Shown here piece by piece: positions 14,701 through 27,867 of a stretch of DNA of 64,000 nucleotides. A model generated the notes under the pieces. That model was not told the DNA's origin, did no database searches, and saw only the letters and a program-made list of their open reading frames with translations. The position numbers and the translations under genes were made by a program. Numbering within the stretch: position 1 is the stretch's first letter; each line of letters begins with the position of its first letter. Source of the stretch: Octopus vulgaris (taxonomy: Eukaryota); NCBI GenBank assembly GCA_951406725.2, contig OX597815.1:29574001-29638000 (forward strand), in the 5' to 3' direction.

Positions 14701-17700
14701 TGAAAAGCCTGGGTTCACAGTAAAAATCCATCCTTATGAAGATGTTGTTAAATATCTCCCTCGTGATGCTGATGTAACTGGAAAAGTTTGGGTAAGTTTT
14801 CTTAGATGGTATAATTAAAAAACAAATATTGAATATATTAAATATGCACCTTTTGTATTGATTTAATATTAAAATGTTAATGATTTTTTCAAGACAGGCT
14901 GCTCCTGGGAGCTCCTCTATGCTGATGGCCTTGCTCTTATAGCTGAATCACTACCTGAACTAGAGAAGTTCCAGGTATGGAAGCAAGGCCTAGAATCACA
15001 GAGCCTTAAAGTTAACCTAGCAAAACCAAAGTCTTAGTAAGTAGGAAGGCAGACAGATCACAGATCCCTTCAGGTAGATGGCTCTGCTCAATCTGTAAAA
15101 AAGGTGTAGTAGAAACTTCATAAGATACACTCAGTGTAAGCTTTGGACACATAAAAGGTGCAGCAATATCAGGGGAAGGTTAACGGGGAAACTAGCTTGT
15201 GTTTGCAGAAGCTGCACCGGTACAATAAACACTGAAAATGGGCAGAAAATAGACTCCATCAACTTCCTGGAGATCAAGCTAGAGGTAGTAGATAGCTTCT
15301 GTTACTAAGTTAGTAGTGGAGGTGGATGCTCTGAGAGCATAGCTGTGAGAATAAGATAAGGATGGGCAAAGTTCAGAGAGTTACCCCTGCTGGCAACAAA
15401 GGGCCTCTCTCTCAGTGAAAGACAGATTGTTTGATGCCTGTGTGCAAACAGCTATGCTGCATGGCAGTGAAACATTGGAGCTGAGGACATGCATATGCCT
15501 GAAAGAAATGAAACCAGTATGCTTCACTGGATGTGCAATGTCAATATGCATGTTGAGAGAAAAGTTAGGCATAAGAGGCATCAGATGTGGTGTGGTCATG
15601 TGATGTGTATGGACAAGGAGAGTTGTGTAAAGAAGTGCTGATCTCTGTGGTAGAGGTAGACCCAGGTAGACATGGAATGAGGTGGTGAAGCATGATCTTC
15701 TAACTTTGAGTCTCACAGAGGCAATGACTAGTGACTGAGACCTTTGATGATGTGATGTGTGTCAGGCCAAGTGCACCTGTGCTAGCAGCATGTAAAGAAC
15801 ACCTTTTGAGTGTTGGGCCTTATGGAAGCAATGACTGCTTCAGGGGACCCATCAAGCTGAGCATAATCGCAGTTGTGGCAAATTGGCACCTGTGCTGGTG
15901 GCATGTAAAAGCATCCAGGTATCATGCAAATGGTGCCTGTGCCAGTGGAATGTAAAAGCACCCACTGCACTCTTAGAGTGGTTGGCATTAGGAAGGGCAT
16001 CCAGCCATAGAAAACCATACCAAATCAGGTTGGAGTCTGGTGCAGCCTTCCAACATGCCAGCCCAGTCAAACTGTCCAACCCATGCCAACAGAGACAACG
16101 GATATTAAATGAAGATGATGATGATCATCTCTTTGAAAAACTCATGTAGTTTATGTATCATTTCATGAGATTTGAATGAGAAATATTATCTGAGCATTAC
16201 TGCTTTATATGTGTTAATGTTTTAATGATTTGCTATATTCATGCAAGTTAACAATTTTGTTGGAAGGAATATAATTAGACTGACTCCAGCAAGAAGCTGT
16301 TGTTTTATTTAGGCCACCCTCTCACCAAGAATAAAAGGTTTGTCAAGCCTTGCAGAGTTTGTTCTTGAAATAGAGGAATGTGACTAAATATTAAATTATT
16401 TAGACTGACACTCTACCATTTCTGTATTTAAGATATAATTTGAATCATGTGGAGCCATCATAATTCATATACTATCTACAGTATCGACAATTTACTGATT
16501 GCTTGATTTGTTGTCATAGATGTGTGTGGTTACATATTGTCACAGTGAATGTGGATCGTTTATAGATTCTTGTTCAGTCTCTTCTTTCTAATGGCAAAGT
16601 TGACCTTGGCAGAATTTGAACTCAGAACAAATGAGACGAAATACTGCTAAGCATTTCACCCAACATTGCTAGCATCTCTGCCAGCTTGCTGCCTTTTTAT
16701 GTTTACAGATATTGATATCATTTTTATAGACTGATAGACTGGAGAAATCAATGTCAGGGCTGTTAAATTATTTACATTGTATTTCTGTTCAAAATATACT
16801 TTTATTTGAATTCTTTTACATTGAAGTTTTCCAAATATTTTTTTATTCCAAATATTTAAAGTTAACATCTTTTTTCTTATCACCAGATCAGTTCTTACAG
16901 TCCTTATAACCTTGTGTCTTTATATAAAAAAGTAAGTTCTTCAATTATACTTGATCTGCTTTCAAATTAACCATGTTAAACTAATTTTTTAATCTATTTA
17001 AAACTCTATCATTTTTGTTATTTATAACATGTCACATGTTTCATTTAGATTAGTTGTAACTACATCTCGTATGTATGTTAAAATAGGTACAGCCTATTCC
17101 TATGGCATCCTGCCTTAAAAAGTCTTATCAACCTATGCCAGCATGATATATCATCATCATCGTTTAACGTCTGCTTTCCAAGCTAGCATTGGTTGGACGA
17201 TTTTGACTGAGGGCTGGCGAACTAGATGGCTGCACCAGGCTCCAATTTTGATCTGGCAGAGTTTCTACAGCTGGATGCCCTTCCTAACGCCAACCACTCC
17301 GAGAGTGTAGTGGGTGCTTTTTACGTGCCACCAGGGGGCTAGTCAGGTGGTACTGGCAACAACCTCACTCGAATCTTTTTACACATGTCACCGGCACAGG
17401 AGCCAGTAAGGTGACGCAGGTAACAATCACGCTTGAATGGTGCCCTTTTATGTACCACGGCATGGAAGCCAGTTAGCTGCTCTGGCAATGATCACGCTCG
17501 GATGGTGCTCTTGGCACCCTACTAGCACAGGCACAAGTGCCAGTAAGGCGATGCTGGTAACGATCACACTCGAATGGTGCCTTTTATGTGCCACTGGCAT
17601 GGAATAAAATCAAAGACATTAGTTATGATTGCCTTTTTTTCCTATTGGTACTAAAGCTGTTGCTTTCTCTATTCTAGTTTTACAGTACCCCTTTTTGGTG

Positions 17701-20700
17701 CTCATTGTCATTTATTATTCTCACTGAAGTCAGTTTTTCCGTTCTAAAATGTCCTGTAAATTATTTGTCCCCTTTTTGAGACTGGTGGGAAGAAGTTATC
17801 TTCAGGCTTGGACCTGAATGTCTGCACCAGAATACACTCTGTTAGAGAGCCATATGGTAGTGTTAAACAAGGTGTTAGATCAAGTCTACCTTTCATAAAC
17901 AGAAACAGTTCCTCTAACCGCTTTCCACATAGTGTTGTCCACTAAATACTTAATTTGTAAAGCTAGACTTTGTTTCATTTTGGCCCAGTTGTTAATAACC
18001 AGCTTGGCTTTTGATATGAATATACAATATCAAGAGCAGTGGAGGGAAGTTGTGGAAGAGGGAGACCCAGGATGAAATAGTGAAGGCTGATTTCAAAATG
18101 CTGGGACTTACGAAAGAGATGACAGAGGACCAAGATATGTGGTATATTGCTGTACTCAAGAAGACCTGCCCACCACAACAGAATTGTGATCTTAAAACCA
18201 AGATGCTACATAACAAGCATTGATGTGGGTGCTGGTGCCACGTAGAAAGCACTGGTGATGATGCTATGTAAAAAGCACCCACTCTGCAGAGTGGTTGATA
18301 ATAGTAGGGACATCTAGCTGTAGAAACCAAGCCAAAACAGATTAAGGAACCTTGAGCAGCCCCTGGCTTTGCCAGTTCCTGTCAAGCTGACCAACCCATG
18401 CCAGCATGGAAAATGAACATTTCCTGTTACTATAATCTAGAAATATTTACCAAAATAGAAAACTCTGAAGTACTCCATGTGTATATTATATGTATCGTAT
18501 GAAAGAGTGGGTTATTCTAAGAAATCGTTAATTTCATTCAGTTATGTCTTAGGTATTACTTTTCTATACTCTTTCTGACTCCTGTATTTATCTGTTCCTA
18601 AATGTTTGCTAATAGTTGTTAGGTTCTCCTTAACTAGGGTTGTTCGGATATATTTGTGAAATTAATGTGGTTGTTCAGTTTGTATTGTATGTTAAATGAG
18701 GTAAAACTTATTTTATTTTGATTATTTCAGGAAAATGTGATATCTAGCATAACTCCAATTTCTTTAAAAAAGGCTATTAAAAATTCTGCAGAAATTGCTG
18801 GAATGCGCAATGCACATGTAAGTACTATTTTAAAAAAAATGTTTTTATGCAATTCTTTCATTCAAAATTTTGTATTCTTTCATTGCTCAGGCCATTGTTT
18901 CAGAGATTGACATTGCAGTCAAATTCTGACTATTTAATTATCTTAGCTATGTTAATATACTTCAGAATCCTGAAGACGGCGAGCTGGCAGAATCGTTAGC
19001 ACGCCAGGCAAAATGCTTAGCGGTATTTCGTCTGCTGTTATGTTCTGAGTTCAAATTCCGCCGAGGTCGACTTTGCCTTCCATCCTTTCGGAGTCAATTA
19101 AATAAGTACCAGTTACGCACTGGGGTTGATATAATCGACTTAATCCGTTTGTCTGTCCTTGTTTGTCCTCTCTGTGTTTAGCCCCTTGTGGGTAGTAAAG
19201 AAATAGGTATTTTGTCTGTCTTTACGTTCCGAGTTCAAAATCCCCCGAGGTTGACTTTGCCTTTCATCCTTTTGGGGTCGATAAATTAAGTACCAGTTGC
19301 ATACTGGGGGTGATCTAATCGACTGGCCCCCCCTCCCCCAAAATTTCAGGCCTTGTGCCCAGAGTAGAAAAGAATATACTTTATAATTTTGAATAGTTGG
19401 CTATTCTTATTTCCTTGTACTTTGTTTTATATTTTCTGACCTTTGCTTTTTTTTTGTTTTAGATTTAGATCTATGTGCATAGTAAAAGGTAAATGATGTT
19501 AGATTGTCAAAATGTTATATGAATGTAGGTTTTAGTTATGATCTTATAACATTCCTATAGAATGACTTAGACTACTAAATTTAGCTTTACATTTAGGAAA
19601 AAGATTGGCCTGCAAGAGCCCTGTGCTGGTGACACATAAAAAAGCATCCATGCTGGTGCCACATAATAGTATTCATGCCAGCCCTGTGTAAAAAGTACCT
19701 GTGCAGGTACCACATAAGAAGCACTCGGCACACTCTTTAAAGTGGTTGGCATTAGGAAAGGCATTCAACCATAGAAACCAAGTCAAACCAGGCTGAAACC
19801 TGGTGCAGCTCTCCTGCTTGCCAGTCTGGTCAAACTGTCCCACCCATGCCAGCATGGAAAATGGACGTTAAATGATGATTGGATGATAATTTTAGTTCAA
19901 ATTATGATTAGAGGGTCGCCATTGTAAAAGTGCATCCAACAAAATTACAAAGTCATAATCCAAGAAAAACAAGACTAAATTTGAGGTTTAGGAGAAAAAA
20001 CGTGCACTACATGTAATTGTATTTTGTTGCAACATATTTTTGAGAATGATTATATTAAAATTAAAAAAAAAAATTTCAAATTATTTTATGTAGAAAGATT
20101 TTTCTCTCTGTTTCTAACATTAGCTTTTTTCTATTTAGATTAAAGATGGAGTATGTTTATCTGAATTTTATGCCTGGTTGGAAAAAGAGGCAAGTTAATT
20201 TTATGTATTTTTGTCTTTATGATTTAAAAAAACAGTTTTGTTCTAAAAATAGAGCTTACTCAGTTTTAAAATTGAAGTTTAATGAATTGGTTCAATATTG
20301 TTGGCAACAGTTCTGTATTGTTGGGTTTTAGAGATTTCATCCAAATATTTGTTTGCTAACAATACGGTGTCCATGCTTTTTCAGATTGTAGAGTATGCCT
20401 TTGTATGTGTTACTCTCATTTTGAAGGACTATTTATTCTACCCGCTCCTTTTTTTTTTTCAGTTACGAGGGAAGATAGTCCTGTGATTTTTTTATAGAGC
20501 TTCTAGAATTGTTGGGTGGGAAGAAGTTTTCTCAAACCAGAGCCTGTTCCAAATACTTGCAACAATAGGGTCTGCTAGAAGCACCCAAGGTACTGGGTAG
20601 TGGTGTTAAACTGGGATTAAGTCACCCAGTTTAACACCAACATCTAACACCTTGGATACCATGGTGGAATTTTGAACTCAGAATGCAAAGAGCTGGAGCA

Positions 20701-23700
20701 AATACCATGAGATATCAAGTGCAGTTTTCTTACTTCTGTCAATCCACCATCTCAAAATAAGCACTTAATTTTTTTTCTTTTTATCAACCTTGAAAAGATA
20801 AGTTGATTTTAGTATATAAACTCAGGATATAGACAATCAGAATAAATACTGCAAGGTCTTCCAGCCAATACTCTAATGAACTCTACCAATTCATTACTTA
20901 TCATACCATTATTACCCTTAATAAGAGGGTTAGCTGGCTGAGTTGTTTGCGTGCTGGACAAAATCTTCAGCATTTTGTATGTGTTAACATAAATAATAAT
21001 AAATGCGCCCTTTTAAAGCCTAGTCAGGCTCATGGCCTCGGTTTCCCAGTTTCAGTGGCATATGTGTTCCCCAGCTGGACGTGACGCCAGTCCATCACAG
21101 CGTTACTTATTTTTGCCAGCTGAGTGGACTGGAGCAATGTGAAATGAAGTGTTTTGCTCAAGAACACAACGCGTCACCCTGTCCAGGAATCGAAACCACA
21201 ATCTTATGATCATGATGCTGGCACCCTAACCACTAAGCCACGTGCCTCCACATGTGTTAACATTCTGAGTTCAAATTCCACTGAGACTGACTTTACCTTT
21301 CATCCTTTTTTGGGGACTGATAAAATAAGTACCAATTGAGCAATGGAGTTGGTGTAATCGACTCCCTCTCCAAAGTTTCAGGTCTATAGCAGAAAAGATT
21401 ATCACCTTTTAATTTGTTTAATTAATTATGTACTGTCAGTTCTGATTTCATGTGACATTTACTTTTGTATGGATTAGTGGTTCAAACAAGCCATCTTGTT
21501 GGCTGGCAAAATAATTAGGAAGGAGATATTGTCTTGAGAAAATTTATTCATGTTAGAAAATAGATACACCATTACAAATTATTAAAGATTGTGCTAGTCC
21601 TTTCTTTTTTATTCATACAAAATTATAAAGGGCAAAGACCCCCTTCAGTCATGAATGACCATGGGATTGCTTGTAGAAAGTTCCCCTCTGAGGCATAAGC
21701 CTAGGCAAGGTTGTTTATGGAATACCAGCAGTTGCCCATGCATACCCAGTCTCTCCTCTCCACACCACCAAGGCAGCGAGCTGGTAGAAAAATTAGCATG
21801 TCGGGCGAAATGCTTAGCGGTATTTCATCTGTCTTTACGTTCTAAGTTCAAATTTCACCAAGGTTGACTTTGCCTTTCATCCTTTCGGAGTCAATAAATT
21901 AAGTACCAGTTGCATACTGGGTCGGTCTAATCGACTGGCCTCCTCCCCAAAATTTCGGGCCTTGTGCCTTGAGTAGAAAAGAATGTTATTGGAGGGAAAG
22001 GCAAAGGCTTGGCACCAATGATATCATAACTCATTTCTAAAGCTGAGTGAACTGGAGCAACATAAAATAAAGTGTCTTGCTCAAGAACACAACACACAGC
22101 CCGGTTTGATAATCAAACTCAACGACCTCAATATTGTGAGCACAATGCTCTAACTATTGAACCATCAGTAAATTTCTACAGAATTCTTAATAGTATTTTT
22201 GCTAGTATAAAAATATAAGAATTATCTTTGATATTATTTTTTCTAATTTGAAAAGTACATAACCTTTTCATAACTGTAACTGAAGTGCAGTGTTGCATAA
22301 TCAAGGAGATTTAGGTCTCTAATTTAGCCATTTATTATAACCTCCACAGTAATTCATAAATAATATTATTCTAAGTATTCTGTGGTTACATTGTAGGTAC
22401 CAAAGAAGCGTATAACAGAAATGGAAGCAGCAAGGAAACTTGAAGAAATCAAAAGGTAATACAGATTTTGGTTAGCAATGGATTGTCCAACACTATTTTA
22501 GTTGGAGTCAGAGGTGCCAATAGTACAGTAGTCAGTTGGAGTTAAAATTTTTTTGTTTCAAATCCACAACCCTGGTTCTTTCTATCTCAGACATCACCTT
22601 TGCCCTTGTAGCAGCTAACTATGATACTACTACACCAGTCTTTGGGGATGATGCCTTTCTGAATAACCTGATTAACTATGCGAGTGACTAGGCTGTATCC
22701 CACATTGCCTGATATTTTAATCATCTCAGGAGTGATACCTGATGGTCCAGGGGCTTTCCCAGTCTTCATATCCTTAATTGCCTTATCTATCATACTGCTA
22801 TCAACTCTGATAGCTGGTCCCTCAATTGGTTTGATATTTGAAAGGCTCTCTTTTTCTAAATCATTCTCCCCATTTAACACACAAAGTATGACAGGCAATG
22901 ATCGTGGCCCAGATAGACGCATTTAATTTATGGGCATTTGTTGGAGTCTAATGTCACTGAAATGCTCCGATACCCTCCGAATGCAAGAGAACTAATAGTT
23001 CAACTAATGAACTTTCAGATGATGTAAAACTTGTCACCATTATATACTAAGAAGATATTTTAACTTTTGTTTTTTATGTGTGCATGGTAGTCTCATTTTC
23101 ATAAAATGTGCTCATTAATCCATGCTATGTAAGAGCAAATCCCAGTGCTTTATGGGTTAATGATCTTTCATAATGGCATCTCCTCACAACTGTGAGTCAC
23201 TAAGCACAAGCATACCACTATCCATTCTCACACATTTCTCCCCTAACACATCTCTATTCTTTTTTGAAACAAGCTTTGCAATCTTGAGCACCTCATGCTG
23301 TAAAACATTGGCAAACATCTTACCTTCTGCTATTCCTTTTGCTATGTAAACCTGTTGCCTAGCCTCCCTTCTGGCTCCCTGATATAATGCTCTGCTTCTA
23401 CCATTTTTCTAGTCTCTTCAGGTCTGCACTATTTGCTTTTATAGTGCTGTCCACCTCCTTGTCCCACCACCATGTCGCCCTTGGCCTAACTGGGACTTTG
23501 CACCATCCACAGATTTTGTCAGTGACACCCATTAAATTGATCCACAGGAACTTCCAGTTATCCTCTAAATTCTATGTCCCTTCCTCTTCTCCCTCTCTAT
23601 CAGCATAGGATTCTAGTAGAATGTATCTAAATTTTTGTTGGTTTGCTGAGTCTTTGAGCTTCCATAACCTTCTTTTCCAGTGTGGTTTATTTCTCCGAAT

Positions 23701-26700
23701 AGCTACAGATATGGCCATGTTGCTTTACAACTGTGCTTTGTGAGTTCAATTCCACTGTCCAGCACTGTTTTCTACTGTAGTCTCAGGTTGACTAATGGCT
23801 TTCTATTGGAAATGACAGACAGGAACTTCAAAATTAAGGAATCTAGAATATTGGGGAGACTAACTGAATGTATTATTTTCTTCCTGAATATCATGATTGC
23901 TGCCAAGTAAAATACTTCTCTGCCTGTGATGACCATTATGCATGTTTCAAAGAGAATTTGAGCTTTTAGATTGAATTATTCACAATTTAAAATAGATATT
24001 TCTTTATTCCCTGTTTTTGCACATGTTTTATATGCCGTTTTTTTTTCTGTTTTCACTATTAACTGTTGTATACTTCTGTATATGGTGTATACGTAAAATG
24101 AATAGCTTTTCATCACTTAACTGTATTTTCTTGATCTTTTCTTTGGTAGGAATGTCGATGACTTCATTAGCCCCAGTTTTTCTACAATTTCTGCAGTTGG
24201 GTCTAATGCTGCCATAATCCATTACAGGTAATACTTTTATAATCTTGTTTACAATTTTAAAAAATTCTTCAGATGTTATGTTTTTAAAGACTTGACTATC
24301 TAACTATAACCTGTAGAGTTGTTCTTATATATTATAAATCCAGCAGTGATATTGATATATTGATTTTCTTTTCTTCCTATTTAGCAAAATGCCTTTTATT
24401 TTGTGAGTAAAAGAAGATAGAAAAGTATATCATAACTTCTTAAGTGGCTGTGAAATTAAGGTTTCAGATTACTGTTAGATGGTCTGGACTTAAACGGTTT
24501 TGCTTTCATCTAAACCAAGACCTGGGACACCAAATTTTAAAGCATTTTCTCTGGCATTCTACTGCTTTGGGCAGTACAATGTTACTATTTATAGAGTACA
24601 ACTAGTTTAGTGAACTGAGCAAATGCATCAGTTTTGCTTGTGAATTGGGGTAGAATTCTAAAGTCTTGGCATTTAATAACATTGAGCTCTTTAATATTTT
24701 TTTTATTGTAAAAAAAGCATATTTAGGTTATTCACTCGGGGTCCTTCATAAATACTTGTATATAATATCTGAAATTACCCTTACTAGGAAGCTTTGTGGA
24801 ATGTTAACTTGTTAGAATGTAGTATTGGATTCTATTCCTTTCCATTTTTATGAAAGTTACTTGTAATAGATGACTATCTTAGCCACAGAGAAATTTCTTT
24901 CATTTGCATCAAACTATTGAAATGAGGAATTCAATACTGAAATCTGTGAAAGGATTAACTTATTGATTTGATTTCTGAGATCTTATTTAAAATTCTACTG
25001 CAAAATCATTCTTTTTCAATTGTCTTTTTAACTGCATTTATTTTTCTTTCATTTGCCTCCATTTTTAGGGCATCTCCTAATACTGATAAAATTATCACAG
25101 ACCATGAAATCTTTCTTTGTGATTCTGGTTCACAATATAGGTTCGTATAAAATCATTACTTTTCATTGCTTTTAGTTGAGTTTTAGTCTGAAGAGGCTAC
25201 ACATGTGCTTTACAGTAAAAAAAAGTAGTTGCTACAATGTATAATGATGACTAAGAATAATGAATCAACTGATTGCTCTTTTGTGTAAAGTTTTTTGGTA
25301 GAATTCAAGATAACAGAATAGGAGTGCCAAAAACAAAAAAATCTAGTGGGGTTTTTTACCTACCAACATTGAGTTCAAATCCTTCCAGAGTCAACTTTGC
25401 TTTCACTTTCCTAGAGCACTGGACTGGATTAATTAGTTTGTATCTTTCTGGAAAAATATGTAATCTAGTACCAAAGTTATAAGTCATTAATATCCATCTA
25501 GTTTCCTCAGAAATGCGCAATTGATTAGGCCAAAATAGAAGAGAATTCAAACTTGATACCTGACATTTTCCTTTGTTTTGTAGATGTGGCACAACTGATG
25601 TAACCAGAACTACACATTTTGGCACTCCTACTGTCAGAGAACAGGTATTTATGAAAGCAGCTTCTGGTTTATTTTCTGCTTTATTTTAACTCCTGTATAT
25701 TCCAATGTTTCTATTTGCTTCCTAAGCAACCACTTGAATGCCAGGAGTAGTTAGAGGAAGAAGAGTAGATTGTAGTCAATCCTGGTATTTCGTTTTTGGA
25801 TTTGAAATAACAATAAGGAATAAGTGGAAATTTTACTGGTGAGTGTGTTAAATTATAAGGCACAAAAAGACTCTCCCCAGACACAACAGAATCTTGGTAT
25901 TGTTAGCAATCTTCAAATAATCATCTGTATAGGGTGGTGGTATTGCAGAATGTTGTAGTATTTAGTTTGGCCCATCTGTTCTGGATCAAAATCCTGCCAG
26001 GAGAACTTTTTTTTTGGGGAGGTCCCTAAAATAAGTTCCAGTTTATGTATTGGGTTCTGCTCAATCAAGTGTATCTTTTTACAAAATTGTAGCATTGTAC
26101 CAAAGTTAGAATCAGTTAAAATCCATTACTAGTTGAAACTCAGGGTGTCAGTGCACCAGCTGTACAAGAATAGTTTGCAGGAGGGACATCTATGAAATGA
26201 AATTCCTGAACTACTCAAATGGGTTACTAGTTGGTTTGCTTCCTTGGTGGCCTAAGTAAGGTTGGAAATTATTGTAGTTGATATACAAAAGACGGTGAAT
26301 GATGCTATGTGATAATGAGGTATGTGTATTGATGTAGGAAAGAAATAAGCTGAATGCCATCTATTAGATGTTAATGTTAGCCTACATTAACCCTCAAGGT
26401 GGTAGAGAAAGAATAGATGGACAGTAATGGTGCAGGAGGTGACTGCATTATTCATGTGATGTAAAAATAATGCCGAGTTAATGTTGTGTATTGTCAAAGG
26501 TACCTGTAGCAGTAGAAAACCAAGGAAGTCATGAAGTGGTAATTGTTAGATCTCATTATGTTAGTTCTCAACGATGAAGATATAGAAATGAAATAGTTGG
26601 GTTTGTCTAACCTCATGCTGTCTTGGGGAAATTGATGTTAAAATGGTCAAGTTAAAACTGCAATTTATGTACAAAGAATCTAAAAAATACTGAGTATCCC

Positions 26701-27834
26701 GATGACCTTGTACTAATTGCAAAATGTTTTCAACTAAGCATAACAAAAACAGGATGAGAAAACAATGTGGTGTATTTGCCATTTGCACTGGCATTAACTG
26801 TGTAAGTGATGCCAAGTCAACCAAGAATTGAAACTGCCACTTATTAGAAGCATACTTTTTGCTATATTTCTTTCTAAACGTTGATATTGCTTTTACTTCT
26901 CAGAGAATTGCCATTTTAGGCTGATTTGTTTTTCATCTTTTTTTTTTTCTAGGAATGCTTTACAAGAGTTTTAAAAGGTCATATTAATCTTGCAACTACT
27001 GTATTTCCAGAGAAACTCAATGGTTAGTTAGTTTCTATATTTCTTGGTTGTTTGCATAACTGAAATGTTTGGTATGTCTTTGGGATAATCTGAAGTCAAC
27101 ATTACAGTCAAATCTTTTAAAACTAAAGAAATGCTTACCAATTCTGACTGCTATTTACTTACTGTCAAAGACCAGTGACAGCTAAGTGCCTTAGGCAGGC
27201 ACATTGTGCAGACCTGAATACAGGTTACAAACTGGAGTCATTGTTGGTAAGATGGCACTGTTCTGATATTCCCTCTTGGGAAACTTTTCATTTTTTAGCA
27301 TTAATATAAATCTAGAGACTTTCACGAAATTGAAAAAAATTTTTTTTTTTAATAATCTAAAATTTTTTAAAATTATGACAGGTTTATTTTTAAGTTTGAC
27401 GTCTAAGTATGTTTCTCAAATCTTGGAATATTGCCTTCAACATGCATATTACAGTGCTTCTCAGCCAAACTGTTAGAGGAATAATAGGTTCAATATAGTT
27501 CCTCTTTTTACTTGTGATGCAACACATCTTTTCTGTATGGGATTTGCCACTAGAGACTTTGAGATTCAGTATTGTGTGCCAGTGAAACCTTAGTGTTTCT
27601 GCTGCTTCAAACAATGAGCCACAGCTCTAACTTCTTTTACTTGTTTCAGTCATTTGACTGTGGCCATGCTGGAGCACCACATTTAGTCGAGCAAATCAAC
27701 CCCAGGACTTATTCTTTGTAAGCCTAGTAGTAAGCCTAGTACTTATTTTATTGGTCTCTTTTGCTGAACCGCTAAGTTACGGGGATGTAAACACACCAGC
27801 ATCAGTTGTCAAGTGATGCTGGGGGGACAAACAT

Positions 27835-27867
<33 letters not shown>

